NCBI GenBank assembly: GCA_965649765.1
Contig: OZ287756.1
Coordinates: forward strand, 64,790,001 to 64,854,000
Origin: Bispira polyomma
Taxonomy: Eukaryota
Reading direction: 5' to 3'
Length of the DNA: 64,000 nt
Shown here: positions 13,331-24,404 of the stretch, one piece after another
How positions within the stretch are numbered: position 1 is the first letter of the stretch
Layout: each line of letters begins with the position of its first letter
The notes under the pieces: model-generated
Databases searched by the model: none
Seen by the model: only the letters and a program-made list of their open reading frames with translations
Told to the model about the DNA's origin: nothing
Made by a program: the position numbers and the translations under genes

Positions 13331-13643
13331 GCCTGTTTTGACTGCCAACTACACGGCATAACACTAAGCTACACGTGGTTGTATGACACGACAGTAATAT
13401 TTACATCAACCACGACACAGCACTACGTAATCCATAGAGAACATACATCGTGCTGTTTTGCTCGTATATTTACATCATATGGATACCCTACAATATACGC
13501 AATGACACAACATATGTTTAGATGTTTCTCCAAGTTCAATTGCCATGTCGTGAAATGTCGTGTCGGGAACAGTATGTCTAATATTTCTATATTCTCTTAT
13601 ATCTAATTTTTGATGAGTCATGTCGTTGGCAGTCTATATAGGC
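13331..13643. mobile_element. MITE with about 25-bp imperfect TIRs
   Basis: GCCTGTTTTGACTGCCAACTACACG versus the reverse complement of the right end, GCCTATATAGACTGCCAACGACATG; internal ACGACAC/GTGTCGT motifs. Confidence 0.65.
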
Positions 13644-13723
13644 CATTTAAGTTTACAATATATCTTGGCAGTGCCCCCCCCCCCCCCTGCGCTTAATCCT
13701 GTCCTGAAACCATGTATGATCCA

Positions 13724-13933
13724 GGGCTGGTATTCTCGTATGTATACTCAGTTCAAACAGCTCAAACAGTAGAGATATCCAAAATTTGACATCATATTTG
13801 AATTCAGTGTTGAAGGCTCTATTAAAATGGATGGTCACAAGTATAGGTTATTTCTATGTACAATGATTTCCCCATGGCCTATATTTGAGTTGAGTACGAG
13901 TTTACGCTGAGTATACGTTGGAAAATATGGGCC
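13724..13933. mobile_element. MITE with GGCC..TATT...GTATACTCAG TIRs; internal core also at about 6520..6590 (inverted), 9518..9670 and 10270..10330
   Basis: Imperfect terminal inverted repeats, and a shared core GAATTCAGTRTT..GCTCTATTAAA..ATGGTC.CAAGTA.AGGTTAT at four sites. Confidence 0.6.
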
Positions 13934-14726
13934 GTGGTGTCAAAAGATCATAGACTTAAACTCATGTCTAAAGTCAAATACTATATGTGTCATTTTCCTT
14001 AACAATTGGAATAATCTAGAGAAGTCACCGGTCTTTGTAATCAGACTTTAGATATCTTTTGAACGTGCATAAAGATAAAGCAGGGCCTATGTTGAGATCA
14101 TTGGGACTTTCTCAATTAAAGAACTCAGATAAAATACCCCCCCCCCCCCCTCTGACTGGTGCTAAAACACTAGAACTATCACCGTCTTGAATAATTTATG
14201 GATGTATGCATTAAAATTTCTTCACCTAGAACATTTATGTAATGAAGAATTTAGTGGTGTCTGTCTGTTTCACTGTTAAAGTCCATCATTGCAAGCCCAG
14301 ATCCATCTTGCCTGATACACCCTCTCCAATGCACTTCCATTCATAATAGCTTATTAAAGTTCAGAGCTGCTTAAATATGTATGAGGCATTTATGCTGTCC
14401 ATTAGAATGGATTTGAAACTGCAAATACTATGTCTCAGGGGAGGATAGGATGTGGCCCAATGGGGGTAAAACATAGATTTAGAAGATAGACTTAGGTATC
14501 TTGTGTGATGGTTTTAGGACACAATTTAAAGCCAGAGAGATGCATTTTAGGCATTAGCATTTAAAGAGGTTTTTTTTTTTCAAACTAACATAGGCAAAGT
14601 TATGTCAAAGATATATATCACTTGACAATTAGCAAGCCAAACATGTGTAAAAGTCCATCATGGAGATGCATATTTTTAGAGAGTGAGAAATATGGAAAAT
14701 ACTGTTTTAGATAAATCTGTGGATTT

Positions 14727-14900
14727 TGGCCTTGTGGTTAGGGAGTTTGTCCGGTGATGGGAAGGTGTCCTCAGTTTGACTCCCAGTAGTGTAAGAGTTA
14801 TTTACGAGGGCGTAAACACCCTTGGACACGCCATTGCCTACTGATAACTACCAATGCTAAGTTCCCTTGTCGGTGAACAATATGTAAGCTGTAAAGGATG
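14727..14900 (+). mobile_element. Degenerate tRNA-SINE of a second family
   Basis: A-box-like GGCCTTGTGGTTAG, B-box-like GTTTGACTCCC, then CORE-like CCCTTGGACA. Confidence 0.4.
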
Positions 14901-15468
14901 AATTACGAAGTTGATGCTATATTAATGCTTCAATTTAATATCAAAACAACATGGGATTTGTAAGTATTATATCTGCATGTATCACAATCTGATAACAATG
15001 AAATATTATGTTTTCTGCTAATTAAGGTGGAACTTTGACTCTGTAATAAGTGCCATTGTAACATAAGTTAACCATATGCTTCCAAAACCATGTCATATGG
15101 TTCAAGTGATTTTATATAGACCATATGAAAGCTGTTAGTGTGAACTGTAAACAAAAGAAAATCAATGTATTAACTGAAACTAAGGTTATTCTTAGAAAGT
15201 TGTTGTGGAAATATTGAGTTATCAGTGAGAGTTACAAATTGAGGCCATGTCCCTCACAGCTATGTGTGACACTATTTCCTTGAGAGAATAGACCCCCTCT
15301 GCCCCCACCCCTATCCTGGTTCTCCCTAAGGATTAATTACCAAACTCCAGAGAGGAAAGTCTTTCTCACGTCCTTTAAGACCCTATTTTATCCTCAAGAT
15401 TTCATGGTCTGTTGGGGCAGAATGTTCAATCACAAATGGGTCCCAGGAGTATAATATTTCCACCTTAA

Positions 15469-15632
15469 CCCTGACAGCACTAAAGTCCAATATGATCCAA
15501 AAATGCAATGTTTAGTTTGAACAGCCAACTGTATTTCTACGATCTTGCTAATAACAATGGAAATTGTCTGATATACGAAATAACATATATATTTTTTTCA
15601 TTCCTCCTCAAACCAGGAATGTACGATGAGGG
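15469..15632. mobile_element. Possible piggyBac-like MITE
   Basis: TTAA-CCCT...AGGG-TTAA; the TIR matches at 8 of 12 positions. Confidence 0.45.
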
Positions 15633-16477
15633 TTAAAATTATATTCTACCTGATAAATGACTAACACTATGTTGCATATCACCAATATTTACATTTATAT
15701 TCACTTGTCAAGAAACAGCCTCAATGGTTGCAGGTGTATGTGATGTATAGCAACACCGGTTGAGTAAATAATGAATGACATTTATAAATGGGAAGTCTGC
15801 AACCACAACGCACTCTTTAGGAATGGTTCTTTAATAACCAGTATATGTGAAGTCATTATAGCTTGGTGTGTGAATAGTTGTTTAGAATATGATTATTATT
15901 ATATTAAACAAAACAGCTGGACTAGATATAACAGGATTTCGCCAATGGAACATAATGGTAAACACCTTAAAAAAAAACCCAAAAATTGAATTTACATCTG
16001 TACAATCAGGTTTGTGTGTGATAACTTTGCTGTATGAAACCTTCACTATTAAAAGTTGGTAGATTATTGTTATTAATATGTATGTTTTGTACTGTTCCAA
16101 TGTCTGTTGTTGCTGGTTAATTAATTACAAAGACAACTATAAGGTTCTACATGTATAATTACGAGTCTTGTAGTTTTGCACATATTGTTCACAGATTTTT
16201 AGTAGTATCAGTTGTGAAGTAACAAAATCTTTAGGCATTTATTTGTAATACAACTGTTATGTTTGAAGTATTATCAGAGTTCACATTTGGTACAAAATAA
16301 AATTGTATTGAAATACTAGTAGGTTAGGAAAACCATAAAAAACTAAAATTTGGATTATATAAATTCTATTTATTTGGGGTGTGCATTTATAATATTTGAT
16401 TTTAGTGACATAATGTCCCCATATATGAACACATCAAATCCCACTGCATCAGAGCTGTATGTTTATTAAACATTTTT

Positions 16478-16751
16478 GTTATTGTCATTGTTTTTTTCAG
16501 ATGCGAGTGGAATGGAATATCCGCCAATGTACTTTGCCACTATGAAAGTCTAGCTGACTCTTGGACTACTTCGTTAATAGGCTTGTGAGGAAGACTCTGC
16601 TACTAAATCAACAATTACCCTGGAGTTACATAGTTTCAAAGTAGCAATGCAAATTTGGTAGACATCGTTCTTGGGATGTAGTAGCCCAAAGTTCAGTTCT
16701 AGTTCCTGAGTTAATCAACCTCAGAAAAAGAGGAAGAAAAAACTGTCCAAA
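16478..16751 (+). promoter_or_regulatory. Splice acceptor and 5'UTR part of the GPCR coding exon, carrying four uORFs
   Basis: Polypyrimidine tract ttgtttttttcag| ends at 16500. uORFs at 16501..16545, 16512..16553, 16647..16661 and 16676..16681. Confidence 0.6.
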
Positions 16752-17936
16752 ATGTCAAGTTTCAAGGAGGCCCCTTACCAGGCAGCAGATATAGATGGAG
16801 GACTGAGTACAGGCTCACCCATTGCTGGCATCAATCTGAGCCACAATATGATATTCTCCAATGACACCACTACACCAGGAGATGAGCAAGAGGCCGCATG
16901 CGAGGGGAGCTTCTGCTTTGTAGTGCTGGGAATTATACAGCCAACTGTCTTTAGCCTCATCACACTTACTGGTATCTTAGGGAACAGCCTCGTGATCTAC
17001 GTCATCTTATCTAGGAAGAAGATGCGGACTGTCACCAACCTCCTCCTGCTTAACCTGGCCATCGCTGACCTGTCGTTTGTTATCATCTGTCCACCGTTCA
17101 CCGCCTACCAGTATGCCACCAACCACTGGCCTATACCTGGCATCTTTGGCTCGTTTGTGTGTAAGCTCATGCACTATTTGCTAAACGTCACCGTCTACGT
17201 CACCATCTACACCCTAGTATTAATCTCGGCCATTCGGTACATGACTATAGTCCACAATACCCAGACCATGAAGTACCGGACCCGTCGCAACATCATCCTT
17301 ACGATCGTTGGCATCTGGATTGTGGTGTCGGGCCTGAATGTGCCCATCATCATGACCCATGGCATCATCTACCAGTCCAGTACCCCTGTTTGTAATAACT
17401 ATGGCTTGGAGGTAGGCCGAGTGCTATACGTCATCTTCTTTGCATTCGCCTACGTTATCCCACTGACAGTGATAGCAGTGCTCAGCATTTGCATCTTACT
17501 GCACATCCAGACAAAGCGTCCAGTCATGATTGGCAAGCGCAAGTCCAGAAGCGCCAAGAAGAAGCGTCACGCTGCCCGTTTACTCATCCTGGTGGTCGTC
17601 ATTTTTGCGATCCTCTGGCTGCCCATCAATATTTTCCTGCTGGTTGCTTACTTCCATGGCGTCCCCGAAAACGCACCTATCATGGCAATCACCGTGGTAT
17701 GCTCCTGCCTGGCCTACTTCAACTCCTGTGTTAACCCCTTTATTTATAATTATGCTTCTAAAGACTTCCGCGAGAGTTTCAGGGAAGTGGCCTGCTGCGT
17801 AAGGGGCAGAAAATATGTGGACGGTGAGACTTCTTTTTACACTAAGGCCGCTGGTAATGACCTTTGCCATAATGGTCAAAACAAGACCACGATAACATGT
17901 GTCAAAGAGGACGTTTCTGATGCAGATGATGTGTGA
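16752..17936 (+). CDS. Rhodopsin-class neuropeptide GPCR, allatostatin-A/galanin/kisspeptin receptor-like (intronless CDS, 394 aa)
   Basis: Seven hydrophobic segments with TM1 GN, MRTVTNLLLLNLAIAD (TM2), PFTA..Y...WP, CKLMHY, YTLVLIS-AIRY (TM3), YVIP (TM5), LWLP (TM6), LAYFNSCVNPFIY (TM7), helix 8 FRESF and a CC palmitoylation pair. N-terminal N-glycosylation sequons NLS and NDT. Start context CAAAATG. Confidence 0.93.
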   Translation: MSSFKEAPYQAADIDGGLSTGSPIAGINLSHNMIFSNDTTTPGDEQEAACEGSFCFVVLGIIQPTVFSLITLTGILGNSLVIYVILSRKKMRTVTNLLLLNLAIADLSFVIICPPFTAYQYATNHWPIPGIFGSFVCKLMHYLLNVTVYVTIYTLVLISAIRYMTIVHNTQTMKYRTRRNIILTIVGIWIVVSGLNVPIIMTHGIIYQSSTPVCNNYGLEVGRVLYVIFFAFAYVIPLTVIAVLSICILLHIQTKRPVMIGKRKSRSAKKKRHAARLLILVVVIFAILWLPINIFLLVAYFHGVPENAPIMAITVVCSCLAYFNSCVNPFIYNYASKDFRESFREVACCVRGRKYVDGETSFYTKAAGNDLCHNGQNKTTITCVKEDVSDADDV

Positions 17937-18283
17937 CCATTGTAACAAAAAAATTGATGATACTGATAAAAATATGGATCCAGTTACAAAACAAATATTA
18001 AGGATGTAACCTTGGCAACCACAGGGGGTTTCTAAACGATGAGTAATGCAAGTCTGGAACATTACTGGCTTTTCACAAAGAGAATGGGGTGGTCATGTAA
18101 CCAAAGGTTTTGCCATGAGAATGGGTCACAATGCAATGGATAGCCAAGTTTATGATATGTAAAACCCAAACGGTCCTGTACTATCCATTCATATACTACT
18201 GAATTGTGTATTTTAGTTATTATATTTCAGTACAGAAACAGTCTCCTTTTTATGTGTATAACCGTTGAAAATAATAGATTTGA

Positions 18284-18340
18284 CAATTTATCAATCAGTA
18301 CAATTTATTAATCAGTGCAATTTATTAATCAGTGCAATTT
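18284..18340 (+). repeat. 3.3 copies of a 17-bp tandem repeat in the GPCR 3'UTR
   Basis: CAATTTAT(C/T)AATCAGT(A/G) repeated. Confidence 0.85.
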
Positions 18341-19267
18341 CAAACAGTGTCATCGCCCAACATACTGTTATTCGCGATCTAAAATAAAAACCATGGTTCT
18401 TTGAAAATGTGCTAACATCTTACCCCAAAGACTATAGTTGGGCTGCAAAGCAACTGTGGATATCGATGGCATATGATATTGGAAACTAGTAATATAGTAA
18501 AATATTAACATATTTAGCATTTGTAAATATTTACGTTTTGCAGTTTTAATGTAAAAGTGAAATACCATGTCATGTATTTTACTGCTAGAGTAGGAGTTGA
18601 CATGACACTATATGTGACAAACCACTATCAGAATTATCAGTTGGTTATTATTTAGAATTAGAAACTTATAACATTATAGCTAGTATAATACCAATCCTTA
18701 TGTCAACTTTGAAATATCTGGATATATATATGGGTATAAGAAGAAGAACAAGTTCTCTAATCATGTGTGTACTTATTTCTATTTGGTTTCCTGCAGAAAT
18801 ACATTTAAGTTTCCTTTTTTAAATCTGGAGTTATATTGTGATCTTCTGTTGATTCAAATTAATTGGTTAATTTTATTTAACTATATTGAAGTGCTGAACA
18901 CAAACAGGGTTTGTACTCTGTAAACTAGTTGGGGCTGTAAATTCATACTTCATTCAGATGGGAGACTATGTGGAAGATTTCTGTGTATATAGATATATTT
19001 CTCAATAGCCAGTTTAATAGAACTGTCAGTCCTGTGAAGTCAAGATTGCCAAAAAAGGAAAACTATTTACTGCTGACAAAAACATGGAGACCACCATTTG
19101 GATCTGAGCAGGGGACTGAGCTTGAGCATACCAATATCGTAAGTGTAAACTTGATCTATTAAATCTATTGTGAATTGCAGTAATTACTTATATGTGCACA
19201 TTATTTGATGAAACTTGATATAACATAGAAGCTGTTAATATAGTTATATACTATCTTGTATTTATGG

Positions 19268-19315
19268 TGTACATAGTGTGAAAGACCTGTACATAATACA
19301 ATGTTTGAAAATAAA
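19268..19315 (+). terminator. Probable GPCR polyadenylation signal (AATAAA 19310..19315) preceded by two TGTACATA motifs
   Basis: AATAAA with upstream TGTA motifs and a downstream T-rich tract; implies a 3'UTR of about 1.4 kb. Confidence 0.45.
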
Positions 19316-21387
19316 ATTATAAAAGTTATTGGCAGTTTTTTTCTTTTAGAATAGAACAAACTTTGGTTTGTCCTATTTACAAAAAAGTAAAATGCCGATT
19401 TTCATTAGATTGTTATTTTAATATGCTAAATTACATTTGATTGTTATATTATTATATAAGCAAAGAAGAGATTATAAGTTTCAAATTGCTAAATAATTCC
19501 TTTTCTCATTCATGGTTATATTGTTAAAACAAGTCATAAAAGAAGCATTCAATGACCGATGAATCAGTCACAATTCTTCAATGTGATGCAACAACCCGTA
19601 ACAGGCAGAAATGAAAAGACAATATCTTTGCAGAATACAAAGGCATTCAATGACCTCACATATCTGACAACCCTACGACACTCAAAAATTATTCATCAGC
19701 GGTTATCCAGCTGGTGAACCACAATTGCTAGTTAAGGTAGTGGCCAAAAAGTCTTCCATTTCCTCTCACTGATGACAAGGATTGCATAAAATTATCTTCA
19801 AATGCTCAAATCATTTTTGCTATTCGTGCTATTTGAACTACATATGACACCTACATAACGTTACAAGGATCACTGACCAAATAACCTGCTTTGAAGTGGT
19901 AATTTCACAAAATAATCTCTCTTTATATACAATATATGTCAAGTACTTTTCAGAACTTTAGTTTTGATATAGGTAGTATTAACAAAAAAGATTTTCCTTG
20001 AAAACTTGGACAACTTCCTAAATGAGTCTGTGTATGACAGTGTTTCCCAGAAAATGAGAATGAAAACAAATTGTGTCAGACATTTACGTTATACACAAGG
20101 AACTCTTCTTTTGCAAATAAAAAACTTATCCGATCACACAAACATGGCAGGGTTACAATAGTTTGCGATTATTTCGAAGTTTAACGCTGCTTTCAACATG
20201 CCTTGTGTCACATTACTGGTGGAAGAAACTAGAATAGAGTAGTTGGTCAAGGGTTTTTTTCCCATTCTACAAACTATGGGCCTTCAACAAATCTTATCAC
20301 CAATTTTACCCACATCCTTGCCAGGACCAAGGTTTAAAACAACTAGTTATAGAGGTGTGGGAACCAACAGTGCTACCCTTACACCTATTATGATGCCATA
20401 ATTTTTCTTTCAATATATATATATAAATATTGACACACATTTGGCATACCAGGTGGTCCAAAACATTCAGTATTTAATAAAGCACCTGGAACTGTGACTG
20501 ATTTGTCAACACTACTTTGTGGATGCATGGAGTAATGGGTGGAATAACTGCCTACAACTGAGAGTTAGATAAAAACAAGTGTCTGCAATCTACAAGCTAT
20601 TTATTAGAAATCAAATTACATGTATTTTAATTCATCATTACATGTGTAACTAGAATTGAAGGAACAAATATTTTTTTTTTGCATTGATCAAAATTACAAA
20701 CAAATAATGTCAAGAGTCCCATGAAAATCCATACGAGATACAACCTACACAAGTGCAATACGGTAATTTTTACTATGATTGGGGGCATAGTAAGCCAAAG
20801 GCAAATTAATTTTATTACCAGATTCCAGCTGTTTTTACTGCAAAATTACGTTATTGAAGAACTACATCCATTGTGCATCAAGTATACTGCACACAAAATT
20901 AGTCTACTTCTGTCTATGTATATACGGGTATTTTTAACTTAGCATTGAGCCAATCAGAATTGTGGACACACCCGTGTCATGTTAGAATTCAGTATTATTT
21001 TGACAGTACAAAGGGTTATATGACAAAACTTTACATAATTAAAAGTTTACTAATTTACTGAATCAAGTTGACCCCCCTTGAAAATAGTGCCAAGTTGAAG
21101 TTGGAACACAGGGAAATCTGTCAATTTGAAAACTAAGTTCACTGTTTAAAATGTGTGAACAGAAATTATATATGCTGTAACTTATGTAGGTTGTATCCAC
21201 ATATCCGTTTTGAAAAAAAATACTGAAATCAATTTAACTAAAATGTAAACCAACAGACAGTTGTGCAATTTAGATTTAAAATTAAAAATTATCTGATGTG
21301 TGCATGTCACTGGATCCTTAGCCTAAGAAATAAAAAAAAAAACTTCTGTCATCATTTAGTTACAATGTAATTTTTACTTCAATTTAA

Positions 21388-21865
21388 GGGTTTAGTAACG
21401 TAAACACACAAATACGTCGCCGAAAAATCATACTGAATTTGTGCAAGTTCATTTACAGACTAAAGTAGCCTTAAAATGCTTCTCTTGTGGTGTTTTTAAC
21501 TATTTTTGGTATACCTACACAATTTAAAACTTAAATAGTTTGCCATAAAGTGATTAAACACCCATGCCACGACTTTTGTATTGTGACATCGCACAATTTA
21601 AAATCTATGTAGAAACATCATATTTATAAACAATTCTCGCAGTGAAGCCTTTCTATTGTGACACAATACTAGTAATTTTAAAATTACACCTAAAATATAT
21701 GAATTAGTATAAAGTTAAAATATGTGTCATTCTTTATTATTTCTACTCATGAAAATATAAATATGTTATCCATAAATCGAGTTTAAGACAACAAAGAAAA
21801 AAAGGAGCTAGAGCACATATAACGTGGTTTAGCGGTGATCATTTTTTGTTTACGTTACTAAAGCC
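21388..21865. mobile_element. MITE with TTAA TSD, Kolobok-like
   Basis: 19-bp TIR GG(G/C)TTTAGTAACGTAAACA with one mismatch; TTAA at 21384..21387 and 21866..21869. Confidence 0.85.
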
Positions 21866-22692
21866 TTAATACACAACACTACAAGTTGATCATAGTGCAT
21901 ATACTTTTTTGGGGGAGACAAAATCCCAATCACAACCAAAATGCAAAAAATATATATATATATATAGTCATCGTGGATCAATTATCCTTTACTCTGCCTC
22001 AAGTAGCTTAATTAACATCTTAAATTACAATGAAACTTGTGACGTCCAATTACAGAAAAAGAAATATTAATTTGTACATATTCATAGTTACTGTATATCC
22101 ACAAAATTTATTTTGAAATGCATCTTAAAAGCGACACAAACTGAAGCATCTGAGATGTCAAACAAGAACTGAATGCCCAAATGGGCATACTGTCAGCCCA
22201 CTCTGCAAAGTTAAAAATGATGTATACAAAGCAATGTTTCAACAATTGTCATGCATATGAAAAATAACAGGGAACTTGACCCTTTTGGGGTCATGAGAGT
22301 GACCTTAAAATATATCTGTATGCTGCCGAAAAGTACAAGTATGTTTTTGAACCTCACAAGTAATTTTATTTAACCCTATTAGGATACACCAGTAAGTTTA
22401 TTGAGAGATCATAAAAAATACTGGCCTTTGTGACCTTAGTTTGACCTTGAGTAAAATATGGCCAGTGTATTACATTATATGACCCTACTGTCCCATATGC
22501 TCAAAATACATTCAATGGCTCTTAACACAATAGTTAACTAGATATTTTACATTTTGTGAATCTGGTAAACATTAACAAAAATTGAAAAGTCCAAAACTGA
22601 AACTCCCAGCACAATGCCATTAAGAATACAAACATTTAGTAGTCAATTAATCGGTTAAAGATCTTGATCACAATTGTAGGCTAAAGTAAGAA

Positions 22693-22943
22693 TTTGAATT
22701 TGGATATTTAACGTCCACTCTAGTACCTTTTAGTAGGTTATATTGGGACGGGTAGTTGAAAACGCTGGAGGAAACACTGCATACAGTCGGTCAAGGTTCT
22801 GCAGAGAAACCAGTGGCCCACAGTAAGGAACTACCAACTTTCCCACATAGGCATCGACGGGATTCGAACTCACGCTGCCCAGAGGTGAAAGACCAGTGAT
22901 TGTGAAGCGTAATGCTTGCTAACCACTAGGCCACCGCGGCCCC
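22693..22943 (-). mobile_element. tRNA-derived SINE (family A), full length
   Basis: Reverse-strand copy. TSD GGCTAAAGT(A/G)AGAA at 22679..22692 and 22944..22957. Confidence 0.92.
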
Positions 22944-24404
22944 GGCTAAAGTGAGAAACCATATTACTGTATATGCACCACCAATACATGGACATAGTTT
23001 ATCACAAAAACTGTTCCCCAAAACAAAACACCAAGCGACAGGGCTGCATCACCAAATGGGCGAAAATTTATTTTTAGTATCAGTACATCCAGACCTCACA
23101 AAATGGAAAGAAACATCCAGGAATAAGTGTTTATAACTGTGCACTGACCTGGCGAATCTTCTTTTAAAAGGTAAATTATTTAAACGTGGTCGCACATTTC
23201 GCAAATTCAAAATCAACTGCATCCACATCAATGCTTTTGCCATCTACAGCGTAAACGATCGCACACAATGAAGCTAGGAAAAGTACCAAAAATGCTGTTG
23301 CCTGCCTCAGCAGAATAGACTTAAAATTCTAGACGTCCCTTCTAGCAGTGTGTTTTGAAAATACTATGTATGTGACAAGGTATATGTTTATAAAATTTCA
23401 GACTGGTCCCTTTTGTGGTTCCGGAGAACAAAATTGCCACAAAGGAAAGTGCTTTATATGACAGAAAATATAGGAATTTTTTAAAAAAAATTGTAATATC
23501 TGGATCACGAGGTGATTATCCCAAGCTACATGTAAACAATGAGTAAGTCTGTAGCCCCTTTAATTTGAGAGAAAAGGTTGATGTGTACACGTATGCAGAC
23601 CCATAGCAATAAGACAGCGACTATGTAAGCCGACTTAAAAACCTACAACCATGCTGTGTATTAGTACTGTACATAATGAAAGGAAAAAAAAAGACGCAAC
23701 ATTTCACTTTTGTGAGGACAGGATTTTGTTGTCTAGGTGATACTTTACTATTGATTACTAATCACTCATTTGTTTACATATTTCGAGTAATCATGATAAA
23801 AAACCAAACCAACCAATGGATATGGGTGAAAACCTAACCTCATTTTGTGGAGGTTTGATCAGAATCTACCAGAACATGTTCAAAGAGACTAATATTACTA
23901 GTTTGTGCGAGTTATGATGACCATTATCACTTAGTGGGACGCTGGGGGACACTTTATCGCAAGATATCATAATATTACACTGTTTACTAGTAGAGGTTTG
24001 ATAATACTACAGGTTATTTGTAGATAGAATCAAAAACTAAAAGAAACAAAGTCACCAGTGCCTAAAAGTTAAAATATTCTTGGATCTGCGCTTGCAACGA
24101 TACTGGCTCAAAAATTGAATGGGTTCTACATTTTTGCCCTTGCCCTATGTCGCTATAATGATTCATGTAAATTGGTTCTGTAATGTTGGGCCTGGTGACA
24201 AACGGACATGAATATATTCTCTTTGGTAGAGGTAAAAATTGGAATTGTAGAAAATTGATGTACACAGCATGGCATTTACAATACACATTTGGACACAAAT
24301 TGAAGAACATTCTAACTACAAGCAAAATTGTGAAAAATTACAACAAACACCCATCTGTAGTTATTAAAAAAATTCGAAAATAAAATATTATATTATTCAA
24401 CTAT

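Noticed and set aside
23170-23250. Minus-strand DGKSIDVDAVDFEFAK as a CR1 RT fragment or alternative last exon
   Set aside because: Too short and weak to support either reading.
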